DNA of 64,000 nucleotides from Octopus sinensis (taxonomy: Eukaryota): NCBI RefSeq assembly GCF_006345805.1, contig NC_043001.1, positions 41,726,001-41,790,000 on the forward strand, written 5' to 3'. The notes beneath the pieces were generated by a model that made no database searches, was not told where the DNA came from, and saw nothing but the letters and a program-made list of their open reading frames with translations. Every line of letters begins with the position of its first letter. The stretch's first letter is position 1. Below are positions 13,730 to 26,424 of the stretch, one piece after another. The position numbers and the translations under genes are program-made.

Positions 13730-13928
13730 CTACTCTAGGCACAAGGCCCGAAGTTTTGGGGGAGTGGGCCAGTCGATTAGATCGAATCCAGTACGCAACT
13801 GGTACTTAATTTATCGATGAAAGGCAAAGTCGACCTCGGCGAAATTTGAACTCAGAAAGATAAAGACAGATGAAATACCGCTAAATATTGCGCCTGGCGT
13901 GCTAACGTTTCTGTCAGCTCGCCGCCTT
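13730..13928 (-). mobile_element. tRNA-derived octopus SINE (family A)
   Basis: Head ggcgagctg.cagaaacgttagc, B-box-like ctgagttcaaatt, core gtcgactttgcctttcatc; many copies in the window. Confidence 0.85.
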
Positions 13929-14109
13929 TGAATATCAAAGATATTGTTAAGTTGGAATAGCTCTTGGATTCAAATGTTTCTTACTTTGATGTTGTTTGGT
14001 TAGAGGGGCCCTTGAAGCCCCAAATTCTAATCTGGCTTTTAGATCCTTCTTTCTTTCAAAACTTAAACAATTAAATACATCTGTGTAATTGAGCCCTACA
14101 ATGTTTGGG

Positions 14110-14336
14110 TGGGCAGGCAGAATTGTTGGCATGCTAGACAAAGTGCTTGGCAGCATTTCGTCCATCTTTGTGTTCTGTGTTCAAATTCTGCCAAAGTTGA
14201 CTTTGCCTTTCATCCTTTCAGGATCAATGAAAGAAATAGTTGATGAGCACTAGGGTCCATATAATCAACTAGCTCCCTTGCTCAAAATTTCAGGCCTTGT
14301 GTCTATAGTAGAAAGAATTATTATTATTATTATTAT
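14110..14336 (+). mobile_element. tRNA-derived SINE (family A) with (ATT)n tail
   Basis: gcagaattgttggcatgc...gttcaaattctgccaaagttgactttgcctttcatcc...attattatt. Confidence 0.8.
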
Positions 14337-15639
14337 GATCCCTAAGTTTGTTGGGTAATTCCATATGAAATCAATGCAATTTTTTTAAAAATTGAAGGTG
14401 ACCAAAACTGATATGTTTCAAACTTTGCATACTAACTGGCCTTCATACGAAACCTTTAAATATGAAAAAAAATTTTTTTACCGGACTCTAATATTTGCTG
14501 TGTTATGAATTTGAAACTTTCAATATGTGACATTTTTTGGTTATTCAGTAACATTGAGAAGCCATATCTCAGCAACTATTTGAGCTAGAAAGCGCAATTT
14601 GTTTACATTTTAAAGTATTTAAATAGATCTACAACTTTCGTTTTGTGTATTTTTTTCCTTACAATAAAAATGAAAAAGTTGACCTAAAATTTGACCGTTA
14701 CCTTTTCATAGGTCAAAAGACGTGGTCATTGATTTTTTAAAAATTTTGTCCAAATATTGCCCTTAGTCACAACTCACATACAAAAATTCATATTGGGATC
14801 TCAATAGGAAGTATTTTTAATAAATATAATTATAGTGGAAAAGTAGTGACAAATTATCAAAAATCGCTTACAAAGCAAGACAATTTGAGCATGAAGGAGA
14901 AAACAAAGTGCTGGTAATAAAAATAAACATTTTTATTATTTCAATAATAATGTCTACTTTATTTGTAACTACTTTTCAGCTCTGCTATGGTCAATAGTGG
15001 CAATACTGCTGTCAACACTTAGAATCATCAAACAAATTATTGGAATCCCTGTCTCCTGATAGCCTAGCAGATGAAGTCACATGTCCCAACCTTCCACCCT
15101 TGCTTTGCTTTAAATGATTAGGTACTTGTTAGATGAAACTCTGAAATCTTCAAAACTTAATGAGACAATTTTTTTAAAATTAATAATTGTGATGCATTTT
15201 TCATTTTTTTCTTTCTGTCAAAATATATATTGTTGTAGCAGTTCTGGGGGTCAAATTTACAAAGGATGTTTAAATAACCCACTGTTAAAACATCTGACTT
15301 TCTAGGATACTGAAATGATGATGAGGGTCCTTTAGGTTCCAGAAAGGTGAATTTTACTTGCATAGTTTCTGGGTATGTTTCTAGAACACAGGCTAACCAC
15401 CAGTCACCATCATAAATTGAAGCTACAAACCCTTTTATATCCTCAAGTTGAATAACATCTTACCTGGAGATTATAATTTTAGTATAATTATCTACTGTAG
15501 ATATGATTTTAACTTTTATTTCTGAAGGTGAGTTTGGGATAAAGCAATGCAATTTTTGTCTCCTTAGAATTGTCCTTACATTTCTAAATCTCTCTCTCTC
15601 AATAGATTTTCCTCATTTTGCATCTCATCATTTACTATC

Positions 15640-17990
15640 CCCAGTTTCCACATTGACCACCAGATCAGGGGACTCTGTCAAAGGCTTTCTCCAAGTCAAC
15701 AAAAGCCAAGTACAGAGGTTTATCTTTGGCAAGATATTTCTCCTGAAGTTGCCTTACCAGAAATATAGCATCAGTGGTGCCTCTGCCTGGCACAAAACCA
15801 AACTGCATCTCATTTAGGTTAACTCTCTTCCTAATTAGTTGGGCTATGATTCTCTCTGTAACTTTCATCACCTGATCCAATAATTTGATACCTCTATAAT
15901 TATTTCTATCTAAAGCATCACCTTTACCCTTGTAGCAGTTGACTATGGTACTGCTACAGCAGTCATTGGGTATGACTCCTTCATGAACTACCTGATATGC
16001 AATGCGGGTAACAAGACCATAACCCACACTGCCTGATATTTTAAGCATCTCAGCAGTGATTCCTGATGGACCAGGTACTTTCCCTGTCTTCATATCCTTA
16101 ATTTCTTTATCTACAAGAGTGCTGTTAATTCGGGTAGCTGGTCCCTCAATTGGGTTCAACCTCTGGCAGACTCTTCTCCTGCCATTCATTCTCCACATTC
16201 AGCAATCTTTCATAATGGCATCTCCAAGCCGCTTTCTTTGCAGAATCATTAAACACAAGGGCACCTTCATCCATGTGGACACATTTCTCTGCTATGACAT
16301 TACGGTTTTCTCTCACATACTGCCTTGCAAACCAAAATACTTCAGTTCTTTGGCTCTCACATTGCTGAACATTGGCAAACTTATTTTCTGCTTCTCCCTT
16401 GGCTACATATACCTGTCTCCTAGCTTCCCTTTTGGCTATCTGATACATTCTCCTGCTACCCACACTCTTCCATGCCTTCCAAGCCCGTTTCTTTGCTCTA
16501 ATGGCCTGTCTACAGTATTGTTCCACCACCATGTTACCCTAGGTCTGGAAGGGACTTTACATCAGCCACAGATTTGGTCAGTGGCACTCAGCAAGTTGTC
16601 TTGCAGGAATTCCCAGCTGCCTTCTCTGTCACAGGACTGTAGCTCCTCCTCCTACGATCAAATTTCTTGGTAAAGATATCCCTAAATCTCTGACCATGTG
16701 AAGGGTTAAGCTTCCAAGTCCTTCTTTTCCAGATTGGTATGCTTTTTGGCATCCTTCTGGCCTTGAGTCTAAAATCACTAATAACTAGTCTATGTTGTGG
16801 AGGTATATTCTTCAGCAGGGAGGGTCTTTGTATTTACGAGCAACCTTGCATCCCACTGTCTGGTGAGAATAAAATCAATCTGGCTAGCAGAGTCACCTGA
16901 TTGAAAGATTATCAGGTGGCTGGCTGGCTTCTTGACGTTGGTGTTGCAGATCAATAGGTTATTTGCATTGCAAAACTCCAGGAGCCTAGTTCCCTCTTAA
17001 TTTCTGGTACCAACTCCATGGCACCCATGTACATTATAGAAGATACCAGGTTGCTGTCCAATATGCCCATTAAGATGAGATCATTGTCACTCGTCTTTGT
17101 GGTAGCCTGCAGAAGAATATCATAAAAATGATCCTTCTGTTCATTTCGTAGGCCTACTTGTGGGATGTAGGCAGAGATAATTGTCACTATACTATTCTGC
17201 AAAACTAGCCTGAGTTTAAGTACTCTATCGTACACCCTCACTACCTCTATGACCTTATTCACACATTTCTCAGCAAGAAGAATGCCCACACCCCCTATTC
17301 CATCACTATTGTCTTCCCTGAAGAGTTTATATTTATGTGCTTTGCCTGTGAGGACTCTGGCTGAAGCTCCTCTCCACCTTACCTCTTGTACGCAACATAC
17401 ATCAACACGTCTCCGTTCAAGCATTTCTACAATCTCGCTAGACCTACCTTTCAATGTGACTACATTTACAGTGTCAACTATGAAAACTGGGAAAGAGATA
17501 TGGGAGGTAACACAGGAAGGAGAGATGTTATTCAGCACCTGAAAAGAAGGTTCACATAATCGTTTGGTAACAGACGTCATAATAGTTGTTCTTGCTTTTA
17601 ACCTACTGTCATTCGAACATGTTAGAATTGTTGAGGTTGTAGCCTCTACTGGGGTGGGGAATGAGGAATTATTGTATATGAAAGTGTTTAGGGCGTTGTA
17701 AATATAAGCATTATGAGCATTGTGGGTGTAAGCATTACTAATGCTGCAGATATAAATGTAAAAAAAAAAAAGAGAGAGAGAGGGTAAGTGGGATGCTATC
17801 TGGTTTAGTTAGTCCAGAGATGGTGGGGGAGGGAAAGGAGAGGGTGGCAAGATTACTGATATAAGAGGAGAAAGGGGAAGGGCAACTGGGTGGCTGGTAA
17901 GAGAAAGAGATTTCTGGTATTGGTGGTGGGGGTGGGAAAGGATGGGTGCAACCACTGATACGAAAGGTCATTTTAAGGGGTAGAGTAAAC
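15640..17990 (-). mobile_element. Degenerate RTE LINE, 5' half (APE endonuclease and start of RT)
   Basis: 16951-17580 EMLERRRVDVCCVQEVRW...ISAYIPQVG; 15665-16198 KGKGDALDRNNYRGIKLL...QFGFVPGRGTTDAIF...DLEKAFDRVP. Confidence 0.92.
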
Positions 17991-18281
17991 AAGAAAGAAT
18001 TAGTTTAGAGAAAAGTACGAAATATGTACAGCAAAGAAACAAGGTTTATCATTGTAGGGTTAGAACAAACAAACAAGAATTATTTTAAACAATAGATGAG
18101 TTTGAATGAATGAGGCGATTAAATACAAGAGAAATTCTTAGCTTAGCTGTGCATATTTTCTAGTGTCCTCAATGGCCAAACACATGGAAAGGAAAATGGG
18201 CAGTATGACAGATGCCAATATGTCCCTTCTGAATACATTTCAATACTGTACAGACCAGGCTGAGGGCCAAGAGGCCCACAA

Positions 18282-18324
<43 letters not shown>

Positions 18325-18325
<1 letters not shown>

Positions 18326-19612
18326 GAGGGACGTTCAATAAGTAATGCCTCACTTGCAGTTGTTTGATCTAGCTGAAATTTTGCATGTGCAATTATTTAT
18401 ATCTCTATAGATTAAGTGGCAAATTACAACTCTGAACTAATTGTGGTTTCTGATTTACAGGTGTTTGAACTGAGTCAAGTGTGAAATGGAGCCTGTTGAG
18501 TGTCAAGTAGTGATCCAGTTTTTGTATTTGAAAGGATGCACACCACGGGAGACTTTTGATGAAATGAAAGTAACTTATGGTGAGGATGCTCCATCATATG
18601 ACCTTGTAAAATGCTGGCATCGTGAATTCAAACATGGTCGGAACTCTGTGGAAACAGCTCCCAGATCTGGTCGCCCCCCCTTCTGCCATCGATGAGGCAT
18701 CTGTCCGTCAAGTTGAGGCTGCCATTTTGGAAGATCGATGCATAACTATTCGCCAAATAGCCCATGAAGTCAAGATTAGTACCGGGTCTGTGGAAACTAT
18801 CATTCATGACCATTTGCATATGCAAAAGGTGTCTGCCAGATGGATTCCCAGGTTGCTCACACCGTTCCAGAAGCAAGAACGCGTCGAGTGCTCGAGGATG
18901 AAGTTGGAGATGTGCCAAGAAGATGAGTCAAAATTTTTCAAAAGACTGATTACACAGGATGAAACCTGGGTACATCACTATGATCCAGAGACCAAAGCCC
19001 AGTCAATGCAGTGGAAGCACCGTGACTCACCTCCTCCAAAGAAGGCAAGGGTGCAGCCATCTGCTGGCAAGGTCATGCTCACAGTCTTCTGGGACCAGGA
19101 TGGAGTAGTGATGACAGATTTCCTGGCAAAGGGTACCACAATTACAGAAGCCTATTATGTTTCACTTTTGAGGAAATTAAGAGAAGCTATCAAAATCAAG
19201 AGGCAGGGCAAGATCAGCAAAGGCATCTTCCTCCTGCAGGACAACGCTCTGGTCCACAACTCGCGTGTCTCCAGATCAGAAGCACAGGCGTGCGGCTATG
19301 AACTCCTCCGCCATCCCCCCTACTCTTTTGACCTTGCACCCTCTGATTTTCACCTCTTCCCAGCCATGAAGTTGTTTTTGAAAGGAAAGCATTTCCCAGA
19401 TGATGCAGCCTTGATTTCTGAAGTCGCGTTCAGGTTTGAGGACCAAGCTGGGGTCTTCTACAAAAACGGTCTCCAGAGCTGCATCAAACGATGGGAGAAA
19501 TGCGTAACTCTGGGTGGTTCCTATGTAGAAAAAGACCAATAACTGTGCCAAGTTTTGTTGCTCTACTGCTATGGGAAGTGGGTCAGGGGCATTACTTATT
19601 GAACGCCCCTCG
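18325..19612 (+). mobile_element. Full-length mariner (DD34D) transposon with one frameshift
   Basis: ~27-bp TIRs CGAGGG(A/G)CGTTCAATAAGTAATGCC; in (TA)n; 1288 bp; transposase 18486-19542 with WIPRLL, QDET, QDNA-34-PSDF, HPPYSxDLAPSD; frameshift at a C-run near 18672-18679. Confidence 0.97.
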
Positions 19613-19654
19613 TATATATATATATATATATATATATACAAAAACTGGACTTCC

Positions 19655-20265
19655 TCAAATGTCCTGGCCGATTCTTAGAAATAATAGATAGTTTCTGTTA
19701 TCTAGGTGAACAATTCAACAATGGATGTGGATGCGTTGAGAGCATAGTTGCTAGAATAAGAACAGACTGGGCAAAATTCAGAGATTTACTTTGTTGGCAA
19801 CAAAGGGCCTCTCCCACACAGTGAAAGACAGTTTGTATGATGCCTGTATATGGGCAGTCATGCTACATAGCAGTGAAACATGGGCTGTGAGCACAGAGGA
19901 CATGTGTAGGCTTGAAAGAATTGAAGCCAGCATGCTATACTGGCTGTGCAATGTCAGTGTGCCTGTATGATGAAGTATAAATGTTTCAAGAGAAAAAGTG
20001 AATATAAGAGGCATCAGATGTAGTGTGCAAAAGAGAAGACTGTGCTGGTATGGTCATGTGATGCATATGGATGAGGACAGCAGCATAATGAAGTGCCGAT
20101 CTCTAATTGTAAAGGGAACCTGTGAAAGGGGTAGACCTAGGAAGACATGGGATGAAGTAGTGAGAAATGATCTTCAGTTGTCAAGCCTCCCAGAGGAGAT
20201 GACAAATGACCAAGACTTCTGGCAGCTTGCTGTGCTTGGGAAGACACATCAAGCTAAGTGAAATC
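19655..20265 (+). mobile_element. RTE LINE 3' fragment
   Basis: RLCWYGHVMHMDEDS...GRPRKTWDEVV; similar to the C-terminus of the young RTE. Confidence 0.85.
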
Positions 20266-21024
20266 ATGATTATTCAGACATACATGCATGTCCTTTTCAA
20301 CCATGCCCTTCCTCGCACATACATATTATCTGGCTTCTGTCGAAACTCTCCAATCTTCCCAACATCTGTAGGCCCCTTCACTCTCTTGTGCCTATCAGTA
20401 CATTCTCCATGTCATCACATATCTTCCCTACCTACCTCCAGCTTCTCCAATTTCCCTAACCTCAAACTTATGAAATAATGAAATAAAAAAAAAGGAAAAC
20501 ATTAGTGAAATAACTTTAAATATTTAGTAACTTTTAATTATTTATTTGATAAAATTTTGTTGGAGTTTTAATGAAACAGATTAGTAGTAGCTGTTATAAC
20601 TTAACTTTTCTATATATAGTGTGGTTGTGCTGAAACAGCTCAGTGACAAATGAAATGACTCAATTTAGTAGTTGAGTGACTATATGGAGGCCTTCCTAAG
20701 GAGAAGCGTCACTCTCTTTACAATGCTCCTTTTATTCCTGTAAATGGTTTATTTTTATTCAATATGTTTTATCTTAGGTCAAATAGAAACAGAATTTTTT
20801 TCCTTCGTGATATTATTTTCATGTTTTAATAATTAAAAAGCAACTTATATTTATTCCATTCAAAACAGGATGGGAGTGTATATTTCATATCACAATAGAA
20901 TTTTTTGTACACACACACACACATCATCATCATCATTGTCATTTTTATGTTCACCTTCAATACTTGCATGGGTTGGACAATTCCAGTCTGAGTCATCTAC
21001 AATCTGGAGTTACTGAAATGATAA

Positions 21025-21545
21025 AAGACAAAGTTGGCCTCGACAGAATTTGAACTCAGAACGTAAAGATGAACAAAATGCTGCTAAACATTTTGTCCTG
21101 CTGGCAGCTTGCCATCTTAACAAGAACAACAATGATAATGGTTGCAAATTTTGCTACAAGGGCAGCCATTTTGGGGAAGGGGATGAGTCGATTACATTGA
21201 CTCCAGTATTTCACTGGTACTTAATTTATCGACCCTGAAAGGATGAAAGGCAATGTTGACCTTGGCAGAATTTGAACTCATGTAGCAAAAGTCAAAATAC
21301 TGCTAAGTATTTCGTCCAGTGTGCTAATGATTCTGCCAGCTCACCACCTTAAATAATAATAATCCTTTCCACTGAAAGAACATGACCTTAAGTCTTGGGA
21401 GAGAGGACTGGTCGATTACATCGAGCCAGTGTTTCACTGGTACATTATTTATTGACCCCAAAAGGATGAAAGGCAAAGTCAATCTCAGCAGAACTTAAAC
21501 TCAAAACATAAAGACAGACAAAATGCTTAGCAGCATTTTGCTCAG
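21025..21545 (-). mobile_element. Chain of three family-A SINEs
   Basis: Repeated gatgaaaggcaa..gttgac...tttgaactca motif with (AAT)n tracts between copies. Confidence 0.75.
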
Positions 21546-22044
21546 CTCAGTATCTTAACACTGATGCCACTGGCAATGACATCATTATTACTGTTGACAT
21601 CTGGAATGTCATCAGGCACTCACTGCCCTCTACCAATCAAGCAATGCAATTGGTGGAAATTATATGTTTGCTATATATAGAAATCAAGTAGTGCATAAGA
21701 ACATGGACATTCTTGGGAAAACTCTAGGCAATAATGAGGATGAACAAGCTCATTGGTCTTTTTCAGGCTGATACCACCAGGAATACCTTCCAGAAATCCC
21801 TGCCCTGGCAGTGCTGCCAAGCTCTGCTGGTTCAAGATAAACTCTACAGGCATGGAAGTGCTGCCAGGTAGGACTGTCCAAGATGCATGCAGTATGACAA
21901 AACCATTCTGCTCCCACTCGTGCAGTGTATGAGTATTGTTGATTTGTGGAGTTATGTCGAAGAGCTGTTTTGTATATGGGACAAATCCAACTATTGGTTG
22001 AATCTATTGAAGACTGCTCTACCATTTTCATTCTTTTGATGGTC

Positions 22045-22365
22045 AATGAAATAAGTACCAGTTATGCACTGGGGTTGATGTAATCAACTAGCTCCCTCCC
22101 CACAAATTTCAAGCCTTTTGCCTATAGTAGAAAGGATTATTATTATTATTATGAGGCAGCAAGCCAGGCAAAATACTTAGCAGTATTTTGTCCATCTTTA
22201 CATTGAGTTCAAATTCCGCTAAAGTTGTCTTTGCCTTTCATCCTTTTGGGGTCAATGAAATAAATATCAGTTGAGAAATGGGATCGATGTAATCGACTAG
22301 CCCTCACCCCCAAAAGTTCACGCCTTGTACCTATAGTAGAAAGGGTTATTATTATTATTATTATT
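22045..22365 (+). mobile_element. Two tandem family-A SINEs
   Basis: 3' half plus (ATT)n tail at ~22140, followed directly by a new head gaggcagcaagccaggc and a second (ATT)n tail. Confidence 0.8.
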
Positions 22366-22968
22366 TCTTTTGTTTTCCAAAAGAGCATCTGAGCATATTA
22401 GAAGGTCATTTTAGAATTTGTGAGGGGATTTACACGATAAGATGAAGAGAAAGAAGGGAAAAAGAGGAGATAAGATAAAAAAATAATGTAGTATACAAAA
22501 TATGCAAATACATGGATAATGTAGTTTTCCTGATACAGGAAAGGTTAATCAAGGAACCCTCATTTATTCAATATCAACCTCACCACCAAGAGCACAATCC
22601 CTCACCAACTATTGTTCTCCAATCTACAGGTTGCATGCATAGAGTAATTCCCTTAAACATTTTTTCAATGTCACCGACCTTTTGACAAATTCGTTGGAGG
22701 AAAGCTCCTCCCTTACCACCCTCTCTTCCTGTCCATATCCTCGAAAGTGACGCAGGGTGGTGTGGTATCTGGACTTAGTATACACGTGCATTTACTTGTC
22801 CGTACATGTGTGCATCTTAAAGATTTCTATTCCCCATAGTCACAACCACTACCAGAAGCCCGTAATATTTCTCAACTCCACTTCTATCATTACTTCCTTT
22901 TTATGGTCTTTACTACATTCATACCCACATACTGCCATCGCCATAATTACCATAGCTTTCAACTACAT

Positions 22969-23199
22969 CAGTGGTTCTCAGCCGGGATTCATATAAGATT
23001 GTTTTAATGAAATTTATGTGCATTAAATTGCTTAAACGTTTGCAAAACTCAAAGTATCTTCTATGAAAAAAAAATGTATAATAATATCTAATTCTAAAAA
23101 TATAAGAGGAAAAATTTAATTATCAAATGACCATTAAGGTCCATCCGAGTAAAATAAGAATCAAAGGGGTCTATAGGCAAAAATGGTTGAGAATCACTG
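22969..23199. mobile_element. hAT (Charlie-like) MITE
   Basis: TIRs CAGTGGTTCTCAGCC / GGTTGAGAATCACTG; candidate 8-bp TSD degenerate (aactacat / atgaacat). Confidence 0.65.
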
Positions 23200-23795
23200 A
23201 TGAACATTATCAACATCACTGCCCTTGCTGTTACAGCCATTATCATAAACAGAATGATTATCATCACATCTCCTTTTGTCTACCAATATCACGAAGCTAC
23301 CGTTAGTTGTTATTGATGCTAAACTCGAGATTGGCTCCTATTTACCAGGCTTCTATGGCAGGTATTCCAGCCATCCACCCCTTTTTTTTTAAAAAGGAGA
23401 CGCCTTTAGCAAAACGTATGTTTTCGCGTGTACACGTACACATATTCGTGTGCATATGCACCTGCGAATCCATGCATGTAAAAAGGAATTAGAGCTGTCG
23501 TTTCCAAGTCTGGAAATGTTTTATATCTAATTTCATTTAAAAAAAAATATATTAAAAAAGTTATGTAAAACAATGTCAGTGGGAATAGGGGCACAAAACT
23601 GTAGTTATGCCATTAATGTATAAAATTACAAAAAAAGAAGGAGAACGAACATTTTCGAAACACAAGGAAATTTAGTCTCGAGTCATTGAAAGATGCGAGT
23701 TAAACAAATAGCCTTGAAATAATGGTCTTCACGATGACAGATAAGCATTTGTCACAATAATTGTCGTCAGCTTTCATAAAGCTTAGCACCAACTC

Positions 23796-23830
23796 ACTTC
23801 CGGTTGTCTTGGTCTACAACACTACTTCCG
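23796..23830. promoter_or_regulatory. Two ETS/GABP-type motifs in the probable promoter of the TGN38-like gene
   Basis: ACTTCCGG (23796-23803) and ACTTCCG (23824-23830), ~150-180 bp upstream of the ATG in a locally CpG-richer segment. Confidence 0.45.
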
Positions 23831-23974
23831 TTTAATCACACGGTACTGATTCATTTTGACTTCTAAAGGAAAACGCTTCCTACTTTTGCTCTGTAAGATT
23901 TGCGAGCTTAGTTGATTCAGGGTACCAAGATTACAATAAAAGTTGGACTTGGATTTTTACCCAGAGGAATAACA

Positions 23975-24332
23975 ATGGCCAGTTTGGGTCAGACGGTTGC
24001 TGGTTTTTTATTGTTAAAATTTTGTTTATGCTGTTTCTATCAACCTTGTCTAAGTAACCCTAACTTACTGAATAATAATTGTCTCAGCTTTCCTCCAAAC
24101 TGCCTTGACGGTGGCACTAGTTTAATAGCATTGCAACCAATATGTTTATATTTGAAAAACTCTCAAAATCTTTGTCTGCCTCAATATATTCAAACTACAA
24201 TATCTGATGTTCTTGTCTGCGACAAACTATCCGAACTGGCTCCTCAATTAATTAAACCTAATTCCTGCCCAGTTTTCTGTCAAACGTTCAAGGATATCTG
24301 TCAATACTTATACTCAACTGAGAAGATCAAAC
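23975..24332 (+). CDS. TGOLN2-like: TGN38/TGOLN2-KCT2-family membrane protein, exon 1 (signal peptide + Cys-rich domain)
   Basis: aacaATGG context; hydrophobic N-terminus MASLGQTVAGFLLLKFCLCCF; 119 open codons ending AAA C|gtaaga; phase 1 fits the exon at 49781; linkage across the 25-kb intron is inferred from phase and topology. Confidence 0.75.
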
Positions 24333-26050
24333 GTAAGAACAAACCCTTTTTTCCCCTTCTTTTTAGACATTAGTGTACACTTGTTTACTGCCCCTAATCA
24401 ATTGTTTCGTTTTGATATTCAGTTTTTATTTATTTTTTCATTACGAAAATATGTAATTTTAATGTCCGTATCCGGTTAGGGGTATGAATGTGTAATTTCC
24501 TTTGTAGTAATTCTGTACAGCTATTTATATACGTCACCTAATGAGTCAAGAACGAGTTGGTGGTAGATGAAAACTATTAAATTATTTCATACAGGAATTC
24601 AATTATTTCATGCATACTAGGTATATTAGAAAAGCAGACATAAAATAGCACTCAGATATTTTGCCCACACTTTTGATTTTGTTTCAGAACCCTTCATATT
24701 GATCCATATCAAGTTCTTGGCCTGTAATTTCTTAAACGTGTCAATAGTTGAAAAGCTATTTTAAGTTAAACAGGATATGCTCAATTGATAGTAAAGAAAA
24801 AAAAAATTCACAAGTTGCTAGTTTTATATTCAATGTGCTTTCTTCAGTCGCTCACCATACCCTATAATATTAAAGCAAGGCAAGATATCGGATAATGCTT
24901 ACAGTCCGAGACCCTCCTAGAAAGATATTTGCGGTTAGGAAGCCCTTTGTCATAAGGCTTTCGAACTGAAGGTGTGGCCACCAACTAGTGATGCAATGTG
25001 CAGTTGTTATGACATCGACAAATAATCATTGTACTCTACAAAAGTATAAAGTAACCCATCAGATTAACGTAAAATTTATTTTATTATAACTGGTCATAAA
25101 AACAATCATTAACATATTTATATAAAATAATGTATTTAATACGGATCCAAAACAATAGGTACCCAGGCAAGAAATCGTGCGTGTATGTAACTCAAAAATA
25201 CTCTGGAGCCACAACTATACTGGATCAAACAATATCCTTGTTAAATATATACAAATTATATATTTTATATCACACATGCATTTTTGAAGTATTATTGTTT
25301 GTTTCTTCAGAAAATTGTAAGGCATATTTTGTTTTGAGTTTACGGTTGTAATATGAAGGATTGCATAGTCCGATTTTTGCTTATATGTGTTCTTATTTAC
25401 CCCCAGATCTGCACTAATTAAACATGGCTGTTATTTGGCTGCTATTTCTAACAGCCTGAACGACCGCGCAGATGTTCCTCGTACTTGTTTACATATGTAA
25501 TTAGAAATCATTTCACTTTAGCGACCTTGTATATAAAAGCATAAAGTAACCCATCAGATTAACGTAAAATTGTTTTTATTATAACTGGTCATAAAAACAA
25601 TCATTAACATATTTGCATAGTATTACTTAACCTTAAATTTGAACTGAGCTTCAAGTTTAATTTAATATTGTGTGACTTAGCAAATTTACCTGAGAAGTCA
25701 TAGTTCAATTTAAATGTCACCAAAATCATTTCTTTTTTTTTTTACTTTTTACTAACAAAAAAAAAGAAAGAAAACTAGAAAAGCAAATGGGCAATAGTTG
25801 TGAGTCGCCTCGCAATTACATTCTTTATTCGATCATACGCTGTAAAAGAATGTGAACCCCAGTTCTCTTCGAACGAATTTTCTTGCTCTTTTCGTCCTGT
25901 ATCAAGTTCACACTCTCTTGTAACTTTCACCGAAATATAAGTGATTGAAAACCTGTAACTAATACGTTGTTCAGTTCTATATTTAAGAGATGAGGAATTA
26001 TGTACGTTATTTACATTTTACAGATATTTGTCCTCATCTTGTTTGTTGCT

Positions 26051-26096
26051 AACACAACGCTTCGGCTAATATACCCTCCGGCCTTCATCAGATGTC
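26051..26096 (-). ncRNA. Minimal type I hammerhead ribozyme-like motif (one core mismatch)
   Basis: GACAT CTGATGA A GGCCG-GAGGGTATAT-TAGCC GAAGC GTT GTGTT; helix I, helix II and a GUU site can be drawn; GAAA core reads GAAG. Confidence 0.6.
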
Positions 26097-26143
26097 TTGG
26101 GGAAATTTCGAACCTGGGTTCTCATTCCTAAGGTATTTTTCGA

Positions 26144-26175
<32 letters not shown>

Positions 26176-26381
26176 TCACTGCCTGGAATCGAATTCGGAA
26201 TCTTGAGGTTAGTAGCCCGCGCTCTTAACCACTACGCCATATGCCCGTGGCGTAGTGGTTAAGAGCGCGGGCTACTAACCCCAAGATTCCGAGTTCGATT
26301 CTAGGCAGTGACCTGAATAATAATAATAATAATATTGAAAAATACCTTAGGAAAGAGAACCCAGGTTCGAAATTTCCCCAA

Positions 26382-26424
26382 GACACCTGATGAAGACTGG
26401 AGGGTATATCAACAGAAACGTGTT
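26382..26424 (+). ncRNA. Degenerate hammerhead ribozyme-like motif
   Basis: GACAC CTGATGA A GACTG-GAGGGTATAT-CAACA GAAAC GTGTT; helix II damaged and cleavage triplet region shortened. Confidence 0.5.

Noticed and set aside
13545-13820. ORF as a divergent gene next to MRPS7
   Set aside because: No recognisable motif, and its 3' part runs into a SINE.
23912-23974. Upstream extension of the exon 1 ORF
   Set aside because: Starts at TTG; the ATG at 23975 has good context and begins the signal peptide.
24534-24578. Possible third hammerhead (CTAATGAGTC...GATGAAAAC)
   Set aside because: Core is mutated and helices cannot be drawn convincingly.
24688-24723. 36-nt phase 1-1 micro-exon candidate in the TGN38-like gene
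   Set aside because: Open and has an acceptor, but the donor is weak (CCT|gtaatt) and there is no homology support.
26248-26315. Functional tRNA gene
   Set aside because: A and B boxes are present but I could not form an acceptor stem, and it is embedded in a repeat; treated as a tRNA-derived head.
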